DNA of 64,000 nucleotides from Geosiphon pyriformis uo1 (lineage: Eukaryota > Fungi > Glomeromycota): contig JAAOMT010000198.1 in NCBI GenBank assembly GCA_016748015.1, positions 46,797 to 110,796 of the forward strand. The letters run 5' to 3'. Shown here piece by piece: positions 12,856 through 26,203 of this stretch; within the stretch, counting starts at the first letter, position 1, and each line of letters opens with the position of its first letter. Made by a program: the position numbers and the translations under genes. The notes under the pieces are model-generated. The model was not told where the DNA came from. It saw nothing but the letters and a program-made list of their open reading frames with translations, and searched no databases.

Positions 12856-14444
12856 TGAAGGACCCTGTTCCTCATTGGTTTACTTTGGTTTGTGACTTTT
12901 TGGATCAATCTTCTATTTCTGGTAATTTGCATGTTGAAAGTTTGCAGGCTATAAATGTTTGTAGCTTGGATGTGGTCTCCAGATTAAACCAGTGTCTCTT
13001 TTTTGCAAATATAAGAGTTGTAAGTGTTTATACTGATGGATTGTTAAAAAATTTAGGTTCATGTGAAATGAAGTGCAGTGCTGCTGCTTACTTCTCGAAT
13101 CTGGATCTAAATATTGGTGCTAATATTAATGGATTGGTATTTTTGACTATGGTGAAACTGCAGGCAATTGCTTTGGCTTTAGAGTGTGTTCCCCCTGACA
13201 GTTCAGTGGTGGTTTATTCAGACAGTCAGGCTGCCTTGGATGCGTGTATGGCTGAATTTGCTCTGGTGTCTTTGGATTTCCACAACTGTTACTGGATGGA
13301 GCAGTATGACATTATCAATTTAATTAGAGAAAAGCAGCTTGATGTTTCTTGGCATAAGGTAAAAGGACATTCGGGTGTTATAAGTAATGAGCATGCTAAT
13401 AAGTTAGCCAGTCTGGCTGCAAACTCTTCTTTGGCACTTTCTGTTTTGGTTAAAGAGAGATTTATCAAGGCTAGCAGGGTGGTGGTGTCTGAGAACGTTT
13501 GTCATTTTACTTATGAGATTTTTAGGTCTGTTAATTATACTTGCTGGGAAGTTGGTCCTGGTTTTAAAGTTATTGATAATAGTTTATTTGGTGATGTGGA
13601 CTGGTTTTGTACTGCTTCAGTATGGCATTTTGACTCTCATATGACAACTGGCTTTACCAGTAAATTTACGACTAGTTTGTACTCTTATTTTTTAAAGGCT
13701 CTCTACTACTGTCTCCTGGTTGCTGTACAGAAGCATTTGTATAGTAAAGTCTACCTGAGTGTCTCATGTTTGCACTGTGGTGAAATGGAAAGTTCTGACC
13801 ACTCCTTTGTTTGTATGTTTGACTTTAATGTTCATAAAAGCATTCTTAGATCTCATCTGGCCAAGTGGTATTGTGTTTCTGAATTGGGCTTACATTCATC
13901 TCGTGTTTTACAGATGCTCTTTTTGTGTACATCTGATAATGTGTTGTATACCACTGTGGACAAAGACTTTGTGTTCAGAGATTGGGTTCAGGAAGCTTTG
14001 TTTATTCTGGGTGATGCCAAGGTTGCAGAAAAATTTATTGTTGATTTTTTTCAAGAATTGGGTGCTGCTCACCACATGGATATTTGGTTGATTAGAGCTA
14101 AATATAAGGCTTTAATAAAAAAAGATGGTTTAATTCCACTTGATGGTTCTGTATATTCTGTGACTTGTGATTTGTTATATATGTTTTCTGCTGGAGTAAT
14201 TAGATTGTTTGAGATTGCTGAAGCAGTTGGTGTCTGCTTTGGTTTTTGTAAACATTGCTGCTTTTTTTCTGGTATAGATGATGTGGTTTCTGTTCTGATA
14301 GATTTGTAGTGTTGCTCTGATCAGTCCGAGTGACTGGTCACATGTAGAAAGTGCATAATTAGCACCTAGTTTAGATCACTTAGTTTGATGTATTGTACTA
14401 GATGGCTTTTGGATCTCACTCATTAAAAGTTAATAAAAAAAAAA
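12856..14444 (+). mobile_element. 5'-truncated non-LTR retrotransposon (LINE) ORF2 C-terminus: RNase H, CCHC finger, 3' tail and poly(A)
   Basis: ORF 12885-14309 has RNase H motifs VYTDG, KLQAIALAL (E>K), YSDSQAAL and WHKVKGHSG..NEHANKLA (D>N), then CLHCGEMESSDHSFVC. A tail at 14318-14434 is followed by an A-tract. Confidence 0.9.
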
Positions 14445-15119
14445 TATATAACAAAAAAATAATTAAAGAAAAATTCAATATGCAAAATTAATTTTATAAA
14501 TAATTGAGTTATTATTTTTTATATTAATGATTTTATAATTTAATAATTGATATTATTTTTATTTTTTATTCAATATTTATTCAATATTTTTACAAAGATT
14601 AATAATATACAAATCAAAAAAAATAGTAATTGAAAATATAAGTAAATTAAAATTATTATATTAATCTTGTAATTAATTATATAATTTAAATAAAGATAAT
14701 TTAATTTTAGTAAAAAATAATTTTTATAGTTTTAAAAATCTTGTTTATCTATTTTCAAAAAAATTAATAATTAGATTAATAATTATATCATTAATTTAGT
14801 TAATAATCAAATTAATAATTAAGTTAATAACCAAGTTAAGTTATTAATTAAGTTAATAATTACATTAATAATTAATTTTAAAAATAAAATAATTAATATA
14901 TATAATATTAATAGTTAATACATATAACTAAATATAAATAAATAAATAAAAACTAAGATATTTAATCATAATAATAGTATAACTTTTGAAAATACTTAAT
15001 TAAAAGTTTTTTAAATCTTAAAATTATAATAACATATTTTTAACAATAATAAAAATCAGTTAGTTTTACAATAAAACAAGTTTAATTATAATTTTTAAAA
15101 ATATTTTTTTAAAATAAAT

Positions 15120-18100
15120 AGTGGTCTCAATTTTGGATTTATACACTAATACAACTTTGAAAAAAAGACTGGTTTAGTCTTATAAGATTAATTTAATAGT
15201 GGCTAACATTTATAATACCAATATATTTATGATTCTAAAAGATAACTTCAATAAAAATAATTCTAATTACAGTATTAGTTTTAGGAAATTTCTAAATCTG
15301 AGTCTGTTTAATTTTTCAGTGGCTTTTTTTTACACAAATTTCTTATATAGTTTAATTCTAAAAAAGTTAAAAAATACATAGACTTTGTTTTGGTTAATAA
15401 TAGTCTTTGTAATTTATGTTTTAATCAACAAGTTTACTGTTTGGAGAAGTTTTTTAACACTAATTACTTGGTTATTTCAGTGGATATTAGCTTAAAAAAG
15501 CTAATTAACTCTTAGCTTAATTCTGTATACAAAATAGTCATCAAAAAAAGATGAAAATTTAAAGTCAGTAATGTCAATAAAAAAAGTCTGAAAAAAGTTT
15601 AAAAACATATTATTGGCTATTGCTTTGGCTGCTACTAATGACTTTAACAAGTGTAAAGAAAAACTTAATTTTAATAAAATGTAACATTTATTCTATCAGA
15701 TGGTTTGCTTTATTGCTGAAACTATTCTTTTAAAAACATGATACTGAGATAATAAAATAATCAAATATGCTGTCTTTTCAAAATCTTATAAGTTTGAATT
15801 ATTGGTATTAAAGATCTTGAAAGTATACAAATCAAAAGATTTAAAGATGTTTCAAATGTTGCTTAACAAATGAGTTTGTTTGAATTCTGTTTAGACAACA
15901 AAACTCAGAAATTTTTTTGATGTTAATAGTAGTAAAGTTTTGATTAAACAATTGTTAACTTATTTTAGAAAGGCTTATAAGTTTTATAAAATATCAGAAG
16001 CTAAAACTACTAAGAATTTTTATATTAAAACTGTTATTGTCAAATATATGGAAGCTTTTGCTAATAATAAAAGTCAAATAATAAGTAGTATACTAAAAAA
16101 ATCTTTCAAAAAGGTCATGTTAAACTATTTGGTATACAATAATAAATTAATTTTGGACTTCAATACAGTTATATACAAAGTTAATTTAATAATAGAAAAT
16201 TAGATGAAGAAATATATAGTTAATTTTAATATTTTTTTTATTAACAAAAACAATATTTACTTTTAAGTTATATAGCAGATAATGTATTTTCTAATATAAT
16301 ATTTCATATAAGTTTTAATGAATTTTTATTGGTGATTAGAAATTTTTCTAATAGCAAAACTGCTAAAATATTTAGTATTTCCAATAAGCTATAGAAACAC
16401 TATAACAAAATTGTTTTGAAGCTTCTCTTGTGTTTACTTAATTTGTGCTTAGTAACTAAATTGGTTTCTGATGTTTGAAAAAAAGCTTGAATATTCATGA
16501 TTCTAAAGTCTTATAATTAGAAAAACATCTTAATAAACATAAAACTTATTGTTTTTATCAAAATAGCAAGAAAAATTTTCTTAAAAATCTTGTCTGATTG
16601 TATTTCTGTAGCTTGCAATAAACATAATGTTTTGTGTAAAGACAACTTTTTGGTTTTAAAAAGCATTTCAATTTAATTTTCCATTTTTGCAATTGGGTCA
16701 GTAATTAAAAATGTTTTAAAAAAAAAAATAATCTGACTGGTGCTTTAAAACATGTAAAAAGCATATAATTCAGTAAATTAACTACATTTGAAAAACAGCT
16801 TAATTCAAATTAAAATGTGTGATAAATTTATTAAGTTTTTTGGTTATATTTATAATGGCTGTATAAATAGAGTTATAATAGATTTTAGGTTATTTAAAAG
16901 TTACAAAATTCATAACAGGCTAAATTAAAAGAAGATTTTTTTACCTCTTTTTTGGAAAATCTTTTACAACTTTTTTTTATGTGAAATAAAAAGGCAGAAG
17001 TTTTTGTTTGAATACTGTATTGATTTCAAGTTTGTTATTAAGACAGACAGAATTAAATCAAATACAGATCTGATCTTCTATTTGGCAGTTAATATTTTTG
17101 TGAATAATACAATTTGGGTTAGTAATTATTATATAATAATACAAAATATATTGAATATTGCTAATAAATACAGACAAAACAATAATTATTTCAATCAATC
17201 TAAGAACTAGCAATATTTTTTTAAACATAAACAGGCTACTTATTTTGATTGCAAAAGCAAACAGAACTTATTGATACTTGAGTATTTTTTTGTTAATTAA
17301 GAGCTTTTTTGGTCTAAGTTTAAGAATAATAAATTTAAATATGAAGTTTTTTTTGTTCATGGTTTTGTATAAAGTTATTTTGAATAAACAGTTTTTTTAT
17401 TTGATTTTAACTGTTTTACAACCTATTATTGAATACAGAATTCAGTTCAGTTTTATTAGCAAAAATTTATGTAAAAAATAAGACTGTTTAATCAAGAAAA
17501 AGTTAAAATCCAAAACTGGTTTATTTAGAGATTTTTTTGGTAAAGCTGTTTACTATTTGTTTTTGTATAATTTAAGATCTTTTAATCAGATGCAGATAAA
17601 AAAAAGTGGCATCAATAATGAATTTTGTTAATAAGGATGATATTTTTGGCTGGTTCTTTTAATATAAATTGCTAAATTTATAGATTTTGGATTAGATCCC
17701 TTAGAATTTTTTCAATTCTTTATTAAGTTAAAGATTAATTTAATAAACAATTTTTTGGCTAGTGTTATTAAATATTTTTGACCAATAGCATATCTATGGC
17801 CAATGGTATATTTAGCACTTTTTGTTTTAAGTATAACACTTCTGTTATAAATATTTTGGGTCAAATAGAATACTTTTGGGTTTATAAGTTTTTGAAACAT
17901 TTTGGTATTATTTTTACTGACCAGTTTTTAAATAATTATAAAGAGTACTTTGCTTAAAAAAAATTTTATTGGTAAAAACATTTGAACTCTAAAGATTTGA
18001 TTTTTTTTAGTTTATACAAGTTTTAGAATTTGTTAAGAATGGCAGTCTAGTCTAATGTTTTTTTTTTACTTCTAAAAATTCTTTTAACACAAGTATAACA

Positions 18101-19565
18101 GATATGTACAGTTTTGATATTGTTTATTCTGAGTTAAAAAATGCATCTTTGTTTGAGATCTTAATCTATACTAATAGTTTTATTAGGAACTTTAGATCTT
18201 TTAATGCTGTAGATAGCACAACCACTTACTTTTTTGATCTAAACTTGTCTATAAAAATAAAAATTTATGAATTGTTATTTTTAATGTTGGCTAAATTACA
18301 GACTATTGTTCTAGCTCTTGAGTGTATTTTAGCTTACTTCAAAATAAAAAATTTTTCTGATAGTTAGATCTTTTTAGATATATATTAAACTGAATTAAAA
18401 CTAGTAGTTCCTAATTTTTACAACAGATGTTAGATTGAATGTCACTGAATCAACAACATGGTCAGAAATAAAAATATTTTGGTGTTATGAATTAAGATGA
18501 AAGATTATTCTAAAGTGTTAAACAATAAGTATGTTAATAAGTTGATAGATTAGATTATGTTTTTAGAAGTTGTTTTTCTGGTTAACATTAAAAAAAATTT
18601 TAATGGCTGATAACAAAGTAGTATTTGGCAATGTTTGTTATTTTATAAGGAATATGAATAATACTGTAAGATGTTTTTAATAAAAAACTGAATCTGGTTT
18701 TGGTGTTGTAGATTTTTTCTGTATTAACAACTTTAATTGAAAACACACAGCTTCTGTTTAATATTTTGACTTTTATATAGCTGTTAAATACACAAATAGA
18801 ACCACTTCTGATTTGTAAACATACTTGATAAAAGCTTTACATAAAAAATTGTCAATGGCTGTTTAAAAGTTTTTATATAATTATAGATATTCAAGTGTGT
18901 TGTATGTATATTATAATAAGGTGAAATTTTTAGATCATAGTTTTACTTACAGCTTAAATCTTTCTATTTATCAAGAAATATTAAATAAACACTATTTGCT
19001 GTAAAGATCTATAACTGGTGCAAATTTTGCTTTATTTATAGTTTTTTGGTTGTTGGCTAAATATATATTGGATATTGGCAAATATATAGTTTTGTACAAA
19101 AACTTTATTTTAGAGAATTGGTTGTTAGAGACTAAAGCTTATTTCAATAATGTTAAGTTTGTCACATCCAAATTAATTGAGTTTGTTTGAAATTTGATTG
19201 TTGACTATAGAAAGTGAATTTGGGTTCCTAATCTAAAACTTTAGGCTAATATAAATTATAAAGAGTTGTTAATTAAAGATAGCTTTATATTTAATGCTAT
19301 TTATGATCTATCAGCTGGGATTTTAGATGATATTGTTTATTTGTTAAGAATTAAGAAAGATATTGCTGTTGATTTTGGCTTAAAAATTGGTTATTTGTTT
19401 TTACTAAGACAATTAAAGATATTTTAATTAACATAGTTATATAATATTGTTTTAATTAATTAAGTGGTTAATTATATATAGCAAATATGTAAATTATATT
19501 TAATTTAGAACTCTAAATAGTTGTATTGTATTAAATAGTAATTAAGTTTCACTTATAACAAAAAA
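15120..19565 (+). mobile_element. Eroded LINE ORF2 pseudogene: APE endonuclease, reverse transcriptase, RNase H and 3' tail
   Basis: Decayed motifs in the expected order: ILKDNFN (ILGGDFN, ~15235), IDFVLV, TNY (TDH), KLIVFIKIARKI (RPIALIETARKI, ~16545), L*NM*KAYNSV (QDMRKAYDSV, ~16745), IFVNNTIW (AFVDDTIW, ~17095), IYTNS (VYTDGS, ~18165). The tail at ~19455-19565 is homologous to 14318-14434. Confidence 0.85.
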
Positions 19566-20879
19566 TAAATAAATAAATAAATAATAATATATTAATATAA
19601 ATTAATTAATATTAAAATTTATATAAATAAATAAAAACAATGCTTTATTTAACTAAAAAAGTTATTTTGAATAAAATTTTAATAATAAAACATAAAAATT
19701 AATGTGAATTTTATAATGTATAAAAAGTTTTAATTTATTAAGTTTTTTTTAATTTAGTTTGTTATAAGCCTTTATTGTTTTAATATTTTTTATAAAAATT
19801 ATTTTTTATTGTATATTTTAAATTTTAATGTTTTTTGTATTGTTTAATACTATTTTTAAATTTTAAAATTAAATTTTTTTAATTTAATAATATGTTTTTT
19901 AATAGCAAAATTAATATTTTTTAAGATTAGCAATAAAAAATATTGTTTTAATTAAGTTTAAAAAATATTATTATATGTAAATTTTTATTAATAACAATAA
20001 TTTAAATTAATTATTTTGTTGGTAGTTTATAAAACATTATAAATATTGTTTTAAAACATAATAAATAGAATTATATATTAAAATAATATGTTAATAAATA
20101 GCAAAAATAAATATTATACAATAAAAATGTAAAATTAGTTATATAAATATTTTAGCTATTATATTTTTAAAAAAAATCAAAAAAAATTTGAATATAAAAA
20201 AATAATCTATATTGTTAACAAAAAATAATATAATTACTATAATAATGTGTTTTATAATAACATTTTTATAATTTAATAACAAATATTTTTTGTATTTTTT
20301 AATTAATATTTATTATAAAACTAACAATATATAAATTAAGAAAAAAAATAAAAAAAAATAATGAAAAAAAAATAAATTAATTTAAGTATAAATACTTTTT
20401 TATAACTTAAAAAATTTTGTTTATATATTTTTAAAAGAAATTAATTAAAATTATTTTAAAATAAATATTACTTTAATATAAATATTTGTTTTAAAGCTTT
20501 TGAAATTTTTGAATATTTTAATAAAATTATTATTACTTAAAATAATATTTAATATTATTGTTAAAATATTTTTGATTTTTAAATAAAATTTTTTACAAGT
20601 ATTGTAATTATTAAAACCAGTATTTTGTATTTAAATTTTTAAAAAAAAACAAGTTTTTTAATAGTTTTAATAAATTTTATAATAATAATTATTAAGAATA
20701 TAACTAATTTAATTATAAAACAAAAATAATTTATTAGTTTAAATAATATATTTTGGTGATATAATTTTTAAAAATATTTTATTAAAAGCTTTTTAAATAT
20801 TATAAGTTACAATTGCATATTTTTAACAATAGTAAAAATTATATACATAAAAAAAATCAACCAATTTGTTTTAATTTAA

Positions 20880-21250
20880 AAAAATTCTTACAAAATTGGT
20901 TGCTTTAATTATAATTGAGTTTGTAAAAAATTTTATTATTAATCACAAAATTAGTATTTGGTCTTATAAAACTAAGTTTAGAATTAATAAAGAAAAAAAT
21001 AACTTGATTAGATTAAATAATTCTATATTGTTTCTGATTTATAGTCTGTTAAACATTTTATCTGCTAATATAATAAGATTATTTAGTATTAATAAAGCTT
21101 GTAATATTAGTTTTAATTTACTTAATCTAGTTTTAATTGATCCAAATAACTAGTTATATGTAAAAAGTATGTAAATTACATTTAGTTTAGAATATTTAGT
21201 TGTTATATAATACTAGATAGTAATTAAGTCTTATTTATTAATTAATTAAT
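20880..21250 (+). mobile_element. Short 3' fragment of LINE ORF2 plus tail
   Basis: ORF 20896-21153 (IIEFVKNF...IWSYKTKFR...LSANIIRLF) aligns with the end of 12885-14309 (IVDFFQEL...IWLIRAKYK...FSAGVIRLF). An eroded tail follows. Confidence 0.75.
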
Positions 21251-23259
21251 TAAAAAATTCTAATATTATTTTTTTATATTAAAATAAATCAATATGTTAA
21301 AATTAAATTTTTAAAATAAATAATAACATATTATTATAAACTAGTTGGTTTTAGTTTAATCTTAATAATTTTATTAAATAGAAAATTTTTTCTATAAATA
21401 TATATCTTTAAAACTATTTATATTTATAAAAAAATATTTACTTAAAAAATATTAATATAAAAAAATAAATATTGTTTTTATATATATTTAATTATCAAAT
21501 CGATTAAAATTATTTTCACTCTTATTATAAATTAAACCATATTTTTTAAGCTTAATTTTATTAGCTATTATTAATAACCAGATTTTTTTTTATGTTTTTT
21601 GATTATATTATCTTTTTTTTTATTTTAAATTAAATAATAAGTTTTTTTATGTTTTTTGATTATTTTATATGTTTTTCTATTTTAAAGTTATTTTTTAAAC
21701 ATCAAGTTTTTAACCAAAAAAATATTATTAAAAATATTATTAAATAAATCCAATTTGCTTTTATAAATAAATATTATACAGAATTTTAAAAATATAATTT
21801 AATATTAAAAAAGTTTTTGCTATATTTGAAAATTTTTTTATTAATCTTTAATTAATATTTTTAATATTTTTATTAATTATTTAACAATTAAAGAAATAAA
21901 ATGTTTGTAATTAAGATAGTTGTTTTTTTGTTATAAATTTTTAATTTTGGTTTTAAAACATAAAAAAATAAAAACTTTATAAACATTGTTTTTTTAATAA
22001 AATATTTTAAACTTATATTGTTTATTGTTGTAAATTTATTTTATATTTTAGAGAATTTATAATTTGTTATAAATAAAACTACAAAAATTATGCATATTAA
22101 ATCCAAAAAATTTAAACTTTGTTAATTATAATAAATTGGATAAACAATTATAATAACTTAAAACATATTGTATTTAAACTTAATAATATTAAAAGTATTA
22201 TTATAGTTATTAAAAAAAAATCGCAAAAAATTGTGTATTTTAAAATTGATAAATTAATTAAAAATTTTGGCATTATAATATTAATCATGAAACCAAATTA
22301 TATTTTAATAATTTAAGTAAAATTTTAAGTATTTGCTTTAACAGAATTGGTTTTTTTACAAAAGTTTAAGCTTAAAACTGTAATTTTGGTATTTTTAAAT
22401 TTATTTATTAATTTAGATTATATAATTTAAAATATAAAAATATTTTAAAAATTTGGTTCAACTTAAAAATACTTTTTAGTATATAAATAATATAAAAATT
22501 ATTTTAAATTTAAATTGATGTATTATAATATTATTTTTTACTAGTAAATATAAATTAAAAATTAAGTATTAAAATATATATTAATATTAGTTTCTTATAA
22601 TAAGTTTTGTTTTTTAATTTTAATAAATTTTTAATTTTTATATATATTTTATATTGTTTTACTAAAAAAAATGTATATATAATTTATAAACAATATTTTT
22701 TTTAAAAATATTAAAAAATTTCTTACTTGTATTAAATTTGGAAAATTAAAAACTTAAAATACATTTGCCAAATTATTAAGTATTAAATTTTCAGATTTAT
22801 TAACAAATTAACTATAATTTAAAAAAAAAACAATTTTAATTTTATACTTATTTTTTATTTAATTAATTTTATGTGAATAAATTTTTTAGTTTAATAAATA
22901 TAAATACTTATAAATAAAGTATTAAAATTATTAATTATTAATAAAAAGTTAATTTATTTAATAAAAATTAAAAATAAAAGTCATTTATTTTGCAATATTA
23001 TAAGTACTTTTTTTGTTTGGTTGGTAAAAACAAATTTAATACAAAAATAAAGTACTGGGTTTTTTTTTAAAAAAAAAGCCCAGATTAAAACTTTTAGCAA
23101 ATTGGTAATTAATTTATGTAGAAATATTGTTAAAGTTAAATAAAAATAAAATAAAATACCAAAAATAGATTTTTGGTATTTTTTAAAAATTGTTTAACTT
23201 TAATATTAAGTTTATTATAAAAAAAAACACCAAACTTTGGATAAGTGAGTTTATTTTGA

Positions 23260-23380
23260 CATAAATTAGAGTGGCTGCTTATATGTAGAAAGTACATAAT
23301 TCATATTTAATATTATATATTAAATTAATAGACAGTTTAAATAGTGGTTGGATTACAGTTTGTTAAAACAATAAAAAAAA
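23260..23380 (+). mobile_element. Isolated LINE-type 3' tail with A-tract
   Basis: GAGTG...TATGTAGAAAGTACATAATT-CAT-ATTTAA...TTAAAT-AGTG-GTTGGA...TTGTTAAAACAATAAAA has the same layout as the other tails. Confidence 0.65.
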
Positions 23381-23445
23381 GATTAAATGTTTAAAGTTAT
23401 TCAATAAAAAAAAGATTAAATGTTTAAAGTTATTCAATAAAAAAA
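23371..23445. repeat. 33-bp perfect tandem duplication
   Basis: ATAAAAAAAAGATTAAATGTTTAAAGTTATTCA occurs twice, directly after the LINE tail. Confidence 0.9.
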
Positions 23446-23588
23446 ATAATTTTCATTTAAATAACATAATTAAAATAGTTAATATTAAAAATAAAAAAGC
23501 CAATTAAATAATTATTAGATTATATATATATAAAATAATTAAATGTAAGCAAAAATTAAAATAATTATATTTTATTTTTTAGAATATC

Positions 23589-24310
23589 TTAATATTTTGT
23601 CGTCTTTCTATTCACATTTAAAACTTTTTTAATTTTTTCTGGCATTGAGTCTACAACTTCCCAAAGAATTAAAGTATTAAATTTAGATAACTTTTTTTCT
23701 AAAACATCTACAGTTTTCAGAAATCTTTCAAATTTCCGAATATTATATTTCACTAGTTTCCAGATTTTTTCTATGGGATTTAGATCGGGAGCAGTTGCTA
23801 GCCAATTCATAGTTTTAATTTTTTTTGCAACCCATTTCACAACATCATTTGCAATATGAATCGATGCATTATCTTATTGAAACACCAAATTTTCACTTGC
23901 CAATGAACATAATATTTTGTAAAATGGTAAAAAAATATTTATTGATTTTCTTTCTTTGTACTCGTCAAAAAATATTGACAGACTTTTGATTTTCTCTTAC
24001 AAACATTTTATAACCATTACCGAGCTTGAAAGTTAGTGTTACACATTTTACATTATATTTTTTGCAGCTAAATGGAATCAAATTTTGTATTATTAAGCAA
24101 CCTTTTCAAAGAATACTTGAGCTCTAAATTGTTAACAATATCACAAAGTGGTTTGCATCGTTTTATTATAGCTTTTCGTAAAAGTGCATTTTTTTTGTTT
24201 GTTTTTTTTTTTTTGAAATATGCAATCTTTTCAGGCTGTGATAAAATTTTTCATTTATCTATGAACTGTTGTATTGTTGTAAAGTCACCACAAATAATTT
24301 AAATGGGGAA
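23589..24310 (-). mobile_element. Tc1/mariner transposase remnant (DD~34E type)
   Basis: VFQ*DNASIH at ~23885-23855 continues into WLATAPDLNPIEKIWKLVK (ORF 23589-23840), with 33 residues between the second D and E. An eroded N-terminal region extends to ~24300. Confidence 0.85.
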
Positions 24311-26150
24311 ATTTTTACGTTTTATTTACTGGATTGGTTACGTGTGTATATCACAGACGTTATTTTCCAAGAAGACTTATTGAGCTAAAAAAAATTGAAA
24401 TTAATACATGTGTGTAATTGTTGTTGTTGTTTTTTTTTTAATTTAATGTATTGTTTTATTTTTAATTGCTCAAGTTTTTAATATATATTTTGATTTTTAA
24501 ATTATTTAGTTTGAAATAATTTATTAAATTTTTAAATGAATTTATGTTATTAAAATAAAAATTGGTTAAAAAAAATAAAATTTCAAAAAACAAAAATTTG
24601 AACTGTGATCCATTCAAGCATTATCATAAAAGTAGATCATGCACTTTTTACATGTGATCATATGCCGCGATCCCAAAAGTTCATAAATCCTAAATGTTCT
24701 AGCGTATAACCACATTTCTCAACAAATTTCCTCAAAACTTTGCGTTATAGATAGGATGTGGCGTCATTCCTAGTCAGATCGACTTTCTCAAAGGGACCCA
24801 GATACGCTCAACTATTTTTTGTGCGATACAGTTTTATGACATAATTAACAAAATATAAGATATTAAATAATAAAAAATAATAATAAAATTAAAAATTTTC
24901 ATATTTTATAAAACATATTAATCATTTATACAAATCAAATTTAATTAATTGAAACTTATTTTTTTGTAAGAATTTTGAAAAAAATATTGCTTAAAATTAA
25001 TTATAATGATATCAAGAAACTTAAATATAAAACAATTTTAAATTACATACATTTAAAAATAGTTGATTTATGTTTGATTCAAAGTAAAAATTAATTTCAA
25101 GTTGGTATAGATTAAAAAATCAAAAGAATTTTGTTTGAATTTTATTTGTGTATATAAACAGATTTGTAACACAAATAATATTAGTTAAATAAGATTATTA
25201 GTTTATTTACTTTTAAATAATTTTTTACCAATTTTTTGATTAAAATTTAATATATAACAGTTTCAAATTATAAAACTAATAGGGATATATTAATTTATGA
25301 AATCGATCAAATTTATATTAAATTTACGGAGAATCAAGAAACAAAGTTTCATTAAATGCAATTTATTAAAACTCCTTTAAAAAGATAAACAATTAATTAA
25401 TACGTCAAATCATTAATAAATTATTATTATTATTATTATTATTTCAATCGAAATGCCAAGCGTAAAAAACTTTTTAGAAAAAGAAATTAAACCTTTTTCA
25501 TTTCAATAAATTCTTAAGCTAGCTTATAAATAATTTTATGAACTGGATTTATGAGTCTCATTGAGGTTATTCCTTAGCAGAATGTGACAAAAAAATTTAT
25601 TCAAAACAATTAGTAACTAATTTAATTAAAGGTAAACAAACAAATCTAAAAAAGCCAACAATCTTTAATCAATATTCATAAAAAATACTAGTCTTCTTTT
25701 GATCAACTAGAACTTTTGTAACCTTTCATAGATTTCCAAAGATTTGATATTTTTCATTCTCAGAAATGAGCGTTCTTAAAGTAATTTATCATTACAATCA
25801 TCCTGATCAATGATTAAAAAGTTTTTTCATTATATGATCGATTGATCCGTATATTTACATTATTTTTATTTTTCTTTACCTTTTTTAATTCTGATTATCT
25901 TTACCTTTTAATGAATACCGATCACAGATCTAATAAATTTCTATGAAGGAAATTAAAATTATCATTTGATCTAATTTTTTGAACAAGAAACTCAAATCTT
26001 CAAGCAAAATGCTAATAAGAAGGAAAATGAAGAATCTTTGAAAATCATCATTAGTGAATAAAATTAAAAAGAAGATCAATTGAAACAGAAATCTCGAACT
26101 TTTTCATGGAAATCATGGAAAGCATACGGTTCAGTAGTGTGTATGTAGAT

Positions 26151-26151
<1 letters not shown>

Positions 26152-26181
<30 letters not shown>

Positions 26182-26203
26182 AAGAAGAAGAAGAAGAAGA
26201 AGA
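26152..26203. repeat. (GAA)n microsatellite
   Basis: About 16 GAA units. Confidence 0.95.

Larger units (their letters stand above)
10050..23580. mobile_element. AT-rich block of nested, heavily eroded retroelements
   Basis: Composition shifts abruptly to very high AT. The block holds readable LINE pieces (12856-14444, ~15120-19565, ~20880-21250, ~23260-23380) and an internal repeat (10176-10290 similar to 20583-20700). Confidence 0.85.

Noticed and set aside
14317-14351. Hammerhead-like CTGATCAGTCC...GAC...GAAA in the LINE tail
   Set aside because: The core is not CUGAnGA, GAAA does not directly follow stem II, and the other tail copies have TTGAT(T/C)GG. The resemblance looks coincidental.
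12843-14452. ATATATAA as a target-site duplication of the truncated LINE
   Set aside because: An AT-only 8-mer in near-pure AT flanks is expected by chance.
19600-23200. Organellar insertion or AT-rich endosymbiont DNA as the source of the extreme AT content
   Set aside because: There are no organellar or bacterial genes, and readable parts are eroded retroelements homologous to less-eroded copies in this window.
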